From contig CAWIDR010000006.1 in the NCBI GenBank assembly GCA_963834905.1, positions 1,388-65,387 on the forward strand: a DNA stretch of 64,000 nt, given 5' to 3'. Made by a program: the position numbers and the translations under genes. This DNA is from an uncultured Thermoleophilia bacterium (GTDB lineage Bacteria > Actinomycetota > Thermoleophilia > UBA2241). The notes beneath the pieces were generated by a model, which saw only the letters and a list, made by a program, of their open reading frames with translations, made no database searches and was not told where the DNA came from. This document shows positions 1 to 10,067 of the stretch, piece after piece. Each line of letters opens with the position of its first letter. Within the stretch, counting starts at the first letter, position 1.

Positions 1-312
1 CGTGACGAGGACGTCGACGGCGCCGAACTCGTCCACGGTAGCCTTGACCATGGCCTCGACGCTGTCGGGGTCGACGGCGTCGCACGAGACGGCCTTGACC
101 TTGGCGCCGGTGGCGTCGGCGATGTCCTTCGCCGCAGCCTCGAGCGTCTCGGCGCGGCGGCCCGTGACGACCACGTTGGCGCCGAAGGCGGCGAGGCCCT
201 TGGCGGCGTCGTGGCCGAACGCGCCGGAACCACCGGTCACGATCGCCGTCTTGCCGGTCAGGTCGAACAGGTTGCGGATCTTGTCGACGCTCCAGATCTC
301 ACGGTCGGCCAT
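1..312 (-). CDS. SDR-family oxidoreductase, 5' part only (gene runs off the left edge)
   Basis: Reverse translation from ATG 312..310 gives MADREIWSVDKIRNLFDLTGKTAIVTGGSGAFGHDAAKGLAAFGANVVVTGRR..., with the TGxxxGxG Rossmann loop of classical SDRs. It is absent from the ORF track because the window edge cuts it. Confidence 0.7.
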   Translation of the reverse strand, partial: MADREIWSVDKIRNLFDLTGKTAIVTGGSGAFGHDAAKGLAAFGANVVVTGRRAETLEAAAKDIADATGAKVKAVSCDAVDPDSVEAMVKATVDEFGAVDVLVT

Positions 313-450
313 CGGACTCTCCTCTCACGACTTTTTCTCGGTTCGGCCGGCGGAGGGCACGCCGGGACGGCCGACCGGCGCGAAGCCCTCCGGGTGGCCG
401 CCCGGCCTGCGGCCGGACATCCCCTCACGCCGTCCCGCAGCGGGCATGGT

Positions 451-486
451 GCCCACGATGCGGAACTGCTATTCCATGATGCGAAC
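451..486. promoter_or_regulatory. Tandem candidate operator sites CCCACGATGCGGAAC (452-466) and TTCCATGATGCGAAC (472-486), 20 bp apart, upstream of the edge SDR gene
   Basis: Read directly from the sequence. The same GATGCGG / GCGGAA core recurs as pairs about 20 bp apart at 5240-5277, 10068-10102 and 17256-17290. Confidence 0.4.
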
Positions 487-567
487 ACTAGTGCAGCGCC
501 CGCAGGCAGGTCAAGCATTGGCGAGGAGCTACCCGGGAGGCCCGGGTGACGGACCGGATGACGGGCG

Positions 568-1335
568 TCAGACGCGCGCGGTGAGCCCGCCGTCCACGTA
601 GAGGATCTGGCCGGTGACGAAGCGCGCCGCCGGTGACGCGAAGAAGAGCACCGGCCCGACGACATCGGCGGTGTCGCCCCAGCGCCCCATCGGGATGCTG
701 GCGCGCAGGCCCGCCGCGAACTGCTCGTCGGCGAGCACCGCCCGCGTGAGGTCGGTCTCGACGAACGTGGGAGCCACGGCGTTGACGCGGATGCCGAGCT
801 CCGCCCACTGGGCGGCGAGCGAGCGCGTGAGCGAGTCGACGGCGCCCTTGCTGGCCGAGTACTCCGCCTGGCCGAACGTGGCGCCGTAGCGGCCGCGTAC
901 GGACGAGAGATTGATGATGGCGCCGCCGCCGGCCTCGGCCATGCGCGCCCCAGCCGCCTGGCAGCAGAGGAAGGTGCCCGTGGCGTTGATGTCCAGGATG
1001 CGGCGCCAGTCGGCCGGCGCCAGGTCCTCCGCCCGCGTGCGCACGGTGGCGCCGGCGGCGTTGACGAGCACGTCCACGCCGCCGAGATCACGCGCGACGG
1101 CCGCGACCATCTCGCCGACCGACGCCTCGTCGGTGACGTCCACGGCGAGGCCGGCGGTGAGGACACCGTGCTCGGCGGCCAGGTCGTCCGCGAACGAGAG
1201 CGTACGTGCGCCGTCGAGGTCGGCCACCGCCACGGCGGCGCCGTGGGCGGCGAAGCCGGCGGCGATGGCGCCGCCCAGACCGCCGGCGCCGACCACCAGC
1301 ACGCGGCTGCCGGAGAAGTCGAACTCGTCCATCAC
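568..1335 (-). CDS. SDR-family oxidoreductase (FabG-like)
   Basis: Intact 255-aa ORF. It has the VVGAGGLGG dinucleotide loop, NAAG, and the catalytic S...YSASK motif. It lies 7 nt downstream of the IclR gene on the same strand. Confidence 0.85.
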   Translation of the reverse strand: MMDEFDFSGSRVLVVGAGGLGGAIAAGFAAHGAAVAVADLDGARTLSFADDLAAEHGVLTAGLAVDVTDEASVGEMVAAVARDLGGVDVLVNAAGATVRTRAEDLAPADWRRILDINATGTFLCCQAAGARMAEAGGGAIINLSSVRGRYGATFGQAEYSASKGAVDSLTRSLAAQWAELGIRVNAVAPTFVETDLTRAVLADEQFAAGLRASIPMGRWGDTADVVGPVLFFASPAARFVTGQILYVDGGLTARV

Positions 1336-1342
1336 GCCCTCC

Positions 1343-2119
1343 TCAGGCGCCGCGCAGGCGGGCCTCTGTCGTGTCGCGGAGCTCCAGCAGCCGCTCGGCC
1401 ACGTACTCCTCGCTCTCCCTGAAGCGCGCCGTGGGCATGGGCACGGCGATGGAGGCGGCCCGGCCGTCCACGTCCGTGACCGCCACGGCGACGGCGCAGA
1501 TGCCGTGGCGCATCTCTTCGCGCTCGTACCCCAGCCCGGCGCTCCGCACCTCGTCGAGCTCGCGCAGCAGCGTCTCGCGAGTGCGCGCGCGGCCGTCCAG
1601 CGCCGGCTCGAGCCGGCGCGGCAGACGGCGCAGGAGCTCCTCGCGCGGCAGCAGGGCCAGCAGCACCTTGCCGCTGGCGAGGCTGTAGGCGGGGAAGTGC
1701 GCGCCGACGCGGGCGATGGCCATGAGCGCCCGCTCCGGCGCCGGATGCTGCGCCACGAACAGGACCTCGCCGCCGTCCAGCACCGCGAGGTCCACGGTCT
1801 CGTTCAGCTCCATCGACAGCCGCCGGAGCGACGGCTGCAGCATCTCCGTCAGGTCGCGCCGGCCGGAGAACGCCAGCCGGAGCAGGCTCGGGCCGAGCTC
1901 CCGCCGGCCGGAGCCCGCGTCGGTGCGCACGTAGCCCACCTGCTCGAGCGCCGTGCAGATGCGGTGCACGGTCGTCTTGGGGAGCCCGGTCTGGACGGCC
2001 AGCTGCGCGAGGCTGCGGCCGCCGTCGGGCTCGGCGAGCGCGCCGAGGATGGCGGCCGCTCGCGTGATCACCTGCATCCCACCGTCGGGACCCTCTTCGT
2101 CGGACCGCCGCCTCGGCAT
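1343..2119 (-). CDS. IclR-family transcriptional regulator
   Basis: Intact 258-aa ORF. N-terminal wHTH ([45 protein letters not shown]) plus an IclR-type effector domain. It starts 13 nt after the alpha1 stop. Confidence 0.85.
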
Positions 2120-2132
2120 GTCTCCCCTCTCG

Positions 2133-4694
2133 TCAGGCAGCGCCGCCCTCCTCCCATGCCTCGATCTCCACGAGGCACGAGTTGGCCGCGAGGGCGTGCG
2201 CCTTGCGGATCATCATCCGGCTCGGCGTGAGCACGTTCATGCACCCGCCCCTGTCGGCGGAGTGCCCCGGCTCGCCCACGGGCTCGTAGCGGGCGGACGA
2301 CTCGTACGAGTGCACTGTACCTGCCGGGACGCGTTCCGTCAGCTGGACCGCGCAGATCACGGCGCCGCGGTCGTTGAAGACGCGGACGAGCTCGTTGTGC
2401 TTGAGCCCGCGCGCGGCCGCGTCGGCGGGGCTCACGCGCACGACCCAGTAGTAGCGGCCGTCGACGAGGACGCGGTGGTCGCGGATGTCGTTGGTGACCG
2501 CGTCCTTGCCGTCGCTCTGCGTGTGGAAGCTGTGACGCGGGTGCGGCGTGATGAGCTGCAGCGGGATACTGCGCGTAGAGCTCCTCGGCGTGCGGGCCCT
2601 CCCACGCCGGCACGTAGCGCATGATCGGCGCGCGCTCGGGGTCGTCGGGGTCGAACCGCTTGAGGCTCGACGCCTCGAACTCCAGCTTGCCGGACTGGGT
2701 CTGCAGCCCCATGCCGAACTCCTCGGTGTAGTCGGCGGGCAGCGGCGTGAGCTCCGGCGTGTCCTTGGCGCGACCCTCCGCGAACCAGCGGTACGACACG
2801 GGGTCGCGCCGGTCCGCCGGCGACGGCGGGATCACGTAGTAGCCCTTCTTGAGGAAGTCCTTCCACGAGATGGCGCGGGGCAGGTCGGTGGCGTCGAACA
2901 GCCGCTTGCACCAGTCGAGCTCGGTGACGCCCTCGGCGTACATCGTCCCCGAGCCCGAGGCGCATGGCCAGGTCGAGGAAGATCTGGTGGTCGGACTTCG
3001 ACTCGCCCAGCGGCTCGATGCACTTGTGCTGCATCACGGCGACGCGGTGGTTGCACTGCGTGTAGGCGTGCTGGATGTAGCCGCCGCAGTTGGCGAACTC
3101 GCTGATGTCCCAGCGCTCGAAGTTGGTGCAGGCCGGCAGGATGACGTCGGCGAACTTCGTCTCGCCCTCCATCCAGATGCCCTGGTTGACGACGAACTCG
3201 AGCTTGTCGGAGCGGTACATGTGGGCGAACCGGTTGGTGTCGGTCATGGTGCCGAAGTGCGAGCCGCCGTACTTGTAGTACATCTTGACGGGGCTGTGGC
3301 CCGGCGCCGGATACTCGAAGCGCTGGAACTGGCCCTCGATCGACTTGGAGTCGGTCGGGTAGCCCTCGCAGTGGCCGTCGAGGACCGCCTCGGGGATCTT
3401 GAGCCGCGGCACGGCCTGCGAGATCGTGTTGACCGTGGGGAGCTGCGGCATGCGCTGGTACATGTTGATGCTGAGCGCGGTGCCGTAGAGGTCGCCGGAG
3501 TAGCCGCCCTCCGCGTAGCCCGGGGAAGAAGAAGTGCGTGTCGAGCGGCGTGCCCTGCTGCAGGCAGCCCATGTTGACGCCCGGCTTGCCCAGGCCCTGC
3601 ATGGCCATCAGGCAGACCATGCCGCGCGCCCAGTCGCTGCCGGTGGCCGTGCGGCAGGCGCCGCCGAAGCCGATGAGGCCGCCGGCGGCGAGGTAGGTCT
3701 TGCTGCGTGCCCCAGGCGCGCGCGAGCGCACGCACGTCGCGCGCGGGGACGCCGGTCTCCGCCTCCTGCCACTCCGGCGTCTTGGGCACGCCGTCCTCCT
3801 CGCCGAGGACGTAGGCGCGCCACTTCTCGAAGCCGACGGTGCGCTCGGCCACGTACTCCTTGTCGTACAGGCCCTCGGTCATCCACACGTGGGCGATGGC
3901 GAGGACCATGGCGCTGTCCGTGCCCGGCCGGGGGGCGATCCACTTGCCGCCGAGGAACTGCGCGGTGTGGTTGTGGAACGGGTCGATGTGCACGCAGGGG
4001 ATGCCGAGCTCCTTGAGCCACTGCCGGCGGACGGTGCCGTCGTGGGCGCCGTAGACGCCGCTCGTCGCCTCCGGGTCCGAGGACCAGAACACGACCATCT
4101 CGGCGTGCTTCAGCAGGTCCTCGACGGTGCCGTAGGTCTCGCCGCCGCCGTTGCGGGCGGTCTGGCCCCAGTGGTGCGAGGCGCCCCAGAACCAGCCCTC
4201 CCAGCTGTCCGGATTGTGCACGATCGGCGTCCAGCCGATCATGTTGAAGAAGCGGATGCGGGCGCTCAGCCAGTAGCCGAGCACGCCCCAGGTGTGGTGC
4301 GAACCGCTGCCGTTCATGATCGCGCCGGGGCCGTGGTCGCGCTTGACCCGCTTGATCTCGCGAGGCGACCAGGTCGAGCGCCTCGTCCCAGCTGATGCGC
4401 TCGTAGCCGGAGGTCCCGCGGTTCTGCGGGTTGCGCTCGCCGTCCGGGTCGAAGTCGACCCGCTTCATCGGGTACAGCAGGCGGTCCGGCGAGTAGATGA
4501 GGCTCTTCCAGGCGAGCGTGTGCGAGTTGACGGTCGTCTTGCGCGGCGGGGTGAAGCTGCGGCCCCGCGCCTCGATCGTCCACGGCTCGGCGTCGTCGTC
4601 GTCGAACTCGATGGGGGTGATGCGCAGGATGCGCCCGTCGCGGACGTAGACGAAGACCGGGCCCGCCGTTGGTGTTGCTGGTGTAGCGGCGCAC
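2133..4694 (-). pseudogene. Molybdopterin oxidoreductase large subunit, pyrogallol-phloroglucinol transhydroxylase (AthL)-like, copy alpha1; frame broken at least 6 times
   Basis: ORF fragments in three frames join into one protein of about 853 aa.
- GTG 4694: VRRYTSNTNGGP | VFVYVRDGRILRITPIEFDDDDAEPWTIEARGRSFTPPRKTT...
- ...NGSGSHHTWGVLGYW..HNPDSWEGWFWG...
- KTYLAAGGLIGFGGACRTATGSDWARGMVCLMAMQGLGKPG
- ...ILPACTNFERWDISEF...
- C-terminal [33 protein letters not shown] (2133..2441).

There is no N-terminal CxxCxxxC cluster and no Tat signal. The family call rests on my memory of Pelobacter AthL. Confidence 0.75.
3094..3144. repeat. 51-nt stretch identical to 8362-8412 (alpha1/alpha2 paralogue core encoding ILPACTNFERWDISEF)
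   Basis: Direct comparison: cgaactcgctgatgtcccagcgctcgaagttggtgcaggccggcaggatga occurs in both copies. One mismatch follows, then 12 more identical nt. Confidence 0.9.
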
Positions 4695-4739
4695 GCCGCC
4701 GCCCGCGTCGACGCCGGCCTCGAGCTCCGACGGTGAACA

Positions 4740-5198
4740 TCACCTGCAGGGTCTCGGAGAACCACACCGCGAGCTCGTCGGGGCCCTCGACGCGCATCTG
4801 GAAGTTCTTGAGCGCGTTGATGAACTCGAGGTAGTCGCGGCCCGGCCGCATGATGCGCGCCGCGACCTCCGCGGAGTCGAAGGACATGGTGAGGTCCGGG
4901 GCCGGGTGCAGGCCCCATGCGCGACCGCACCTTGCCGTCCTTGATGGTGTAGGCGCGGCCCCGAGCGCGTGCCGGCCAGGCGGATCTGCGCCACGAGGTC
5001 GTGCTCGCGCAGGCGCGCCGCGAACGCGGGGTACCGGCGCGCCGTGGTGCGCAGCAGGACCTCGAGGCCCGCGAGCGTCGCCGCGAACTGCGCCTCGGCG
5101 GCGGCCTTCTTCGCCTGCGCCGCCGCCTTCCTGGCCTGCCCGGCCGCGCTCTTCGCCTGTCCTGCCGCGCGAGCCGCGCGTCGCTCCCTGCCTGCCAT
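4740..5198 (-). CDS. Small protein with a Lys/Ala-rich N-terminus and an SCP2-like (sterol-carrier-like) C-terminal domain; 3' end unresolved
   Basis: ATG at 5198 follows GGAGGAAGCG. The translation is MAGRERRAARAAGQAKSAAGQARKAAAQAKKAAAEAQFAATLAGLEVLLRTTARRYPAFAARLREHDLVAQIRLA, then a frame change near 4965, then ...DLTMSFDSAEVAARIMRPGRDYLEFINALKNFQMRVEGPDELAVWFSETLQVMFTV. No in-frame stop precedes the alpha1 start. The SCP2 call is by pattern only. Confidence 0.35.
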   Translation of the reverse strand: MAGRERRAARAAGQAKSAAGQARKAAAQAKKAAAEAQFAATLAGLEVLLRTTARRYPAFAARLREHDLVAQIRLAGTRSGPRLHHQGRQGAVAHGACTRPRTSPCPSTPRRSRRASCGRAATTSSSSTRSRTSRCASRAPTSSRCGSPRPCR

Positions 5199-5239
5199 CG
5201 CTTCCTCCGAACCCGGCCACGCCCGCACTCTGGGTGGCG

Positions 5240-5277
5240 TTCCGTTTAGCGGAACGGTGATTCCATTCAACGGTACG
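5240..5277. promoter_or_regulatory. Candidate operator TTCCGTTTAGCGGAA (5240-5254, 7-bp inverted arms CGTTCCG/CGGAACG) plus a weaker second site TTCCATTCAACGGTAC (5262-5277)
   Basis: An AT-richer palindrome 42-56 nt upstream of the SCP2-like/alpha1 start. On the coding strand it overlaps a TTGAAT-16-TAAACG promoter-like pair. Confidence 0.35.
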
Positions 5278-5512
5278 GTACCCGCCACGCCCGGAGAGGT
5301 CAAGCGTTGGCGTTGAAGCTGCGCGGGACGTGCGGACCAGGCTGGAGCGGACGGACGGACGTACGAGCGGACGGCCGCGGCTTTATAGGTCCCCTCATAT
5401 CGCATGTCAATAGCGGCGAGGTCGCGACGGGAACAGGCGTTCGCGTCCGCGGAACGGGCGGGCAGCGGGCGGGCATCGGGAGCCGTCGTCAGGACGGCGC
5501 GCGCTGCAGGCG

Positions 5513-6300
5513 TCAGCGAGGAGCTGCGCGGGTCTTGAGCAGCGCCGCCTGCGCCTCGTCGCGGGTGCGGGAGACCGCGGCGACGATGGAGTCCTCGTCC
5601 TTCGCTGTAGCGGATCATGGGCACCACGGCGGCGAGGGAGACGACGTCGCCCATGACGTCCTGGACGAAGGCGCCGACCGCGACGACCCCTCGGCGTACT
5701 CCTCGAGGTCGAACGAGAGGCCCGTGTCGCGCACGCGCTGCACCTCCTCGAACAGGCAGCGCTTGTCGGTGATGGTGTTGGCGCGTGTAGCGGCTCGAGC
5801 TTCTCCGGCACGCACGGAGTCCACCTGCTCCGGCGTCAGCGACGCGAGGAGCGCCTTGCCGTTGGCGGTGCAGTGCAGCGGCAACCGCCCGCCGATGTGG
5901 GCGACGATGCGGAGTACGTGCGGCGAGACGTACTGGTCCACGTAGAGCGCCTCGCCGGCGAACAGCACGGCGAGGTCGGCCGTCTCGTCCAGCTCGTCGG
6001 AGAGCTTCTGGAGGAAGGGGCTGACCTCGTGCCGGATGTCGCGCCGGCTGGAGATGGCCACGCCCATCATGCCGGGCCGATGGCCAGCTTGCCCGATGGG
6101 CATGATGCGCACGAAGTCCTCGGCCGCGAGAGCCTTGCCGATACGGTAGATCGTCGGGCGTGGGATGCCGGAGCGGTCGGCGAGCTCCTGCGGCGTGAGG
6201 CCGTCGGGCACCGTGGCGAGGTGCCGCAGGATGTCCGCGACACGCGCGACGACCTGGATGCCGTCGCGCCGCTCGCCGTTCTGATGCCGTTCTCGCCCAC
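5513..6300 (-). pseudogene. IclR-family transcriptional regulator, second copy; about 3 frame changes
   Basis: The core lies in the 5615..6508 frame: IQVVARVADILRHLATVPDGLTPQELADRSGIPRPTIYRIGKALAAEDFV...HCTANGKALLASL...GLSFDLEEYAEG. The C-terminus continues in two other frames (VVAVGAFVQDVMGDVVSLAAVVPMIRYS | AKDEDSIVAAVSRTRDEAQAALLKTRAAPR*). The likely GTG start at 6300 is in yet another frame. Confidence 0.7.
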
Positions 6301-6369
6301 GTGCTCTTCTCTGTTCGACCCCGGGCCGGGTCGCACGAGAGGCGGGCAGCCGGCTGCCGCCCGCCTGCT

Positions 6370-6383
6370 TGACACTAGTATCA
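6370..6383. promoter_or_regulatory. AT-rich near-palindrome TGACACTAGTATCA about 70 nt upstream of the second IclR gene; possible -10 (TAGTGT on the minus strand) or operator
   Basis: Read directly from the sequence. The 8-mer ACACTAGT also occurs at 485-492 in the other SDR-upstream region. Confidence 0.25.
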
Positions 6384-6554
6384 CATCTGACCGCGGCCGC
6401 TGCGCGCGGCCGTGCGTCGAGGGCCACCCGGATCCGGACCGGCGCGTGCGCGACAAGCGACGAGGGGCGCGGTCCCTGTACCGGGACCGCGCCCCTCAAG
6501 AGATTCACGCTCCGGCGCCGCCCCGCGACGGCCGGCGCCGGACCCTGCCTTTGG

Positions 6555-7389
6555 TCACGCCTTCTGCAGCACCACCGTACCGGCGTTGAGGCTGTCGTCG
6601 ACCTGGAGCGTCAGCTCCGCCGGCTGGTAGCCGTCGGCGGCGATCTTGACCACGTACTCCCGGCCGGGGTCGAGGTGGTCGACCTTGACCTCGCCGAAGA
6701 TGTCGGCCACGGCCTCGCCTACGACGTCGCCGCCGCGCGTCACCGTGACGGCGGCGCCCTCGGCGCACTCGTCGGTGTCGCCGAACACGATGCTGCAGCC
6801 GACGAACGCCTTCTCCCAGCGGTGCAGGTTCCTGTAGTACACGCGCGGCTTGGTGCCCAGGGAGTCGCGGTAGCGCTCGAGCTCCTCCTCCGCGACCAGC
6901 GCCTCGATCTCGGCCTCCTCGGCCATGACGAACCTGATGGCCTCGGTGGGGCACACCTGGCTGCAGCGCGTCTCGGTCCAGCCGTCGTCGAGCAGGTGGG
7001 CGCAGCCGGTGCACTTCTGCGCCAGCTCCTTCTCCTCGTTCCAGTAGATGACCGAGTACGGGCAGCTGGCGACGATCTCCTTGCGGCCCTTGGCCTTGAC
7101 CGGGTCGATGATGACGAGGCCGTCCTCGCGCTTGTAGACGGCGCCGTCGGCGGTGAGGCACGGCGCCGTCGTCGCAGTGCATGCACGGCATGGGCAGGTA
7201 CGCGGTCTCCACCAGCGGGTACTGGCCGCGCTCCTTGCGCTTGATGTTCATCCAGCGGTGGCCGTGCCACGGCTGCGCCGCCGAGTACGGCGGGAAGTCG
7301 TTGTCGACGAACTCGTCCTTGTCGGCCAGGAAGCAGTCGTTGCAGTCGTGGCAGCGGGCGACGTCGATGATCAGGTGCCAGCTCTTCAT
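6555..7389 (-). CDS. Fe-S (beta) subunit of the transhydroxylase-like enzyme, BthL-like, copy beta2; one frame change near 7160
   Basis: The translation runs MKSWHLIIDVARCHDCNDCFLADKDEF...CMHCDD | APCLTADGAVYKREDGLVIIDPVKAKGRKEIVASCPYSVIYWNEEKELAQKCTGCAHLLDDGWTETRCSQVCPTEAIRF. These are ferredoxin-type Cys clusters. A C-terminal domain of about 90 aa follows (...CSIVFGDTDECAEGAAVTVTRGGDVVGEAVADIFGEVKVDHLDPGREYVVKIAADGYQPAEL). The ATG overlaps the alpha2 stop (ATGA). Confidence 0.75.
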
Positions 7390-9996
7390 GAGGCCTCCCC
7401 CTCCCACTTCTCGACCTGGATAAGGCAGGAGTTGTTGGCCATGGCCGTGCGACGTCGGGCGTGATGAACCGCTTGTGGCGTCAGGATGTTGACGCAGCCG
7501 GCGATGTCGGGCGACTCGCCCGGCTCGCCCTGCGGCTCGTAGTCGGCGCACACTCGTAGGAGTGCACGGTGCCCGGCGGCCACGCGCTCGGTGACCTGCG
7601 CCGCCAGGATCACCGCGCCGCGGTCGTTGAAGGCGCGGATGAGGTCGCCTTCGGCGATGCCCCGCGCCGCCGCGTCCACGCTGTTCAGGCGCATGATCCA
7701 GTAGTAGTGGCCGTCGTCTTGAGGATCCGGTGGTCCTTGACCTCGTTGAGCCACGTGCCCTTGGAGTCGCCCATGGTGTGGAAGCTGAAGCGCGGGTGCG
7801 GGATCACCATCTGCAGCGGGTACTTGCCGTACAGCTCGGTGGTGTGGTGGCCCTCCCAGCTGGGGATGTACTGCGGGCCCATGGCCGGCCGCTCGGGGTC
7901 GACGACGTCCATCTCGAGGCGCTTGAGGCTGTTGCCACGAACTCGATCTTGCCGGACGGCGTCTGCAGGCCCTGCAGGCCGACCGTGTCGCCGGGGCGCG
8001 GGCCCCAGTCCGGGGTGTCGCGCTTGCGCCCCTCGGCGAACCAGCGCATGGCCGGCGTGCTCTTGTGGTCGTCGGGCAACGGCACGACGTAGTAGCCCTT
8101 CTTCTCGAACTCCTCCCAGGTGATGATCTTGGGGAGGTCGGTGGCGTCGAAGTATCCGCTTGCACCCAGTCGAGCTCGTCCTTGCCGCCCTCGGTGAAGA
8201 TGTCGCCCATGCCCAGGCGCTCGGCGACGGCGGCGAAGATGTCGTAGTCGGACTTGGACTCGCCCAGCGGCTCGATGCACTTCTTCTGGAAGACGATCAC
8301 GCGGTGGTTGGTCTGGGTGTGGTTGTCGGGGATGTAGCCGGAGCAGTTGCCGAACTCGCTGATGTCCCAGCGCTCGAAGTTGGTGCAGGCCGGCAGGATG
8401 ATGTCGGCGAACTTGGCCTCGCCCTCGAACCAGATGGACTGGTTGACCACGAAGGGCACCTTGCCCTCGCGGTAGGCCTTCACGTAGCGGTTGGTCTGCG
8501 GTCATGGTGCCGAAGAACGAGCCGCCGTAGCGCTAGTACATGGTGACGTGCGGGTAGCCCGGCGCCGGGTACTGGTACTTCTGGAACTGGCTCTCGATGG
8601 ACGGGCCGCAGAAGCCCTTGCCGCGCCACTCGAACTTCTCGTGCATCATGGCCTCGGGGATGCGCAGGCGCGGGACGGTCTGGCCCTCGGTGGAGTGGTG
8701 CGGCGTTCGGTGATGGCGCCGCCGTTCGGGAACATGCGGTAGAGCCAGCGGAAGCCGGCCGCCGACTTGTCGGGGTCGCCGGAGATGCCGCCCTCGGCGT
8801 AGCCGGGGAACACGAAGGAGCGGTCCGACGGCGCGCCCTGGGAGGTGCCCCAGATGTTGCTGCCCGGCTTGCCGCAGCCCTGCATGGCGGCGAGCGCGAC
8901 CATGGTGCGCGCCCACTCGTTGCCGGTGGCGGAGCGGCAGGCGCCGCCCCAGCCGCCCAGGCCGCCGGCGGCGAGCATGGTCTTCTTGGTGCCCCACTCG
9001 CGCGCCAGGGCGCGGATCTCGCGGGCGGGGATGCCGCGACTCGGTCTCGGCCCACTCCGGCGTCTTGGGCACGCCGTCGGTCTTGCCGAGGACGTAGTCC
9101 TTCCACTCGTCGAAGCCGGTGGTGCGCTCGGCGACGTACTCCTTGTCGTACGTGCCCTCGGTGAGCCACGTGTAGCGCGATGCCGAGGCCGAAGGCCACG
9201 TCGGTGCCCAGGCGCGGCGCGAACCACTTGTCGCCGAGAAGAGCCCGGCGGTGTGGTTGTAGTAGGGGTCGATGAACACCATCTTGATGCCGAGCTCCTT
9301 CATCCAGAAGCGGCGCGAGGTGCTCTCGAAGGCGGAGTAGATGCCGCCGCCGGTGGACTCGGGGTCGGCCGACCAGAAGACGACCATCTCGGTGTGCTTG
9401 AGCGCGTCCTCGAGCAGGTCGTACTGCTCGGGGATGCCCAGGCGGTGGCTGAAGCCCCACATGTGGCATGGCGCCCCAGTGCCAGCCCTCCCAGCTGTCG
9501 GGGTTGTGCTCGCCGTAGGTACCATGCCCATCAGGTTGATGAAGCGGTAGTAGGCGCTGTGCCGGTAGCCCACGTTGCCCCACAGGTGGTGCGAACTGCG
9601 GGTGGTGAGGATCGGCGCCGGGCCGTATCTCGCGCTTCTCGCGGATGAGCTCGGTCGGCGACCAGGTCGAGGGCCTCGTCCCAGCTGATGGGCTCGTAGC
9701 CGGAGACGCCGCGGTTCTGCGGTGTTGCGCTCGCCGTCGGGGTCGAAGTCGACGCGCTTGAGCGGGTGCAGGATCCGCTTGGGCGAGTAGACCATGGACC
9801 GCTGCGCCTGCGCGTGCGGCGACAGCGTGGTGCGGCGCGGCGGCGTGAACGTGCGGCCCCGCGCCTCGATCACCCAGTCGCCCTTGTCGTCGTCGGCCAG
9901 GTCGATCGGGTCATGCGGACGATCTTGCCGTCCTCGACGTCCACGAAGACCGGGCCGCCGGTCGTGCAGTTGGTGAGTCGTTGGACTTCAGCCCAT
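7386..9996 (-). pseudogene. Transhydroxylase (AthL)-like molybdopterin large subunit, copy alpha2; at least a dozen frame changes plus an in-frame TAG
   Basis: The ATG at 9996 follows GGAAGCGAGG. Removing one G from the GGG just after the start gives MAEVQRLTNCTTGGPVFVDVEDGKIVRMTPIDLADDDKGDWVIEARGRTFTPPRRTT.... Good segments alternate with off-frame junk. Examples of good segments are SHHLWGNVGYRHSAYYRFINLMG, HMWGFSHRLGIPEQYDLLEDALKHTEMVVFWSADPE, TMLAAGGLGGWGGACRSATGNEWARTMVALAAMQGCGKPG and ILPACTNFERWDISEF. TAG at 8533-8535 replaces the Tyr codon seen in alpha1 (MYYKYGG versus MY*RYGG). Confidence 0.75.
8362..8412. repeat. 51-nt stretch identical to 3094-3144 (paralogue core)
   Basis: See the feature at 3094-3144. 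Confidence 0.9.
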
Positions 9997-10067
9997 ACGG
10001 AGACCTCGCTTCCAAGATGCGCCTGGCGGCCGGCCGAGGCCGCCTGCGTTCCCCCGAACGCTGATTC

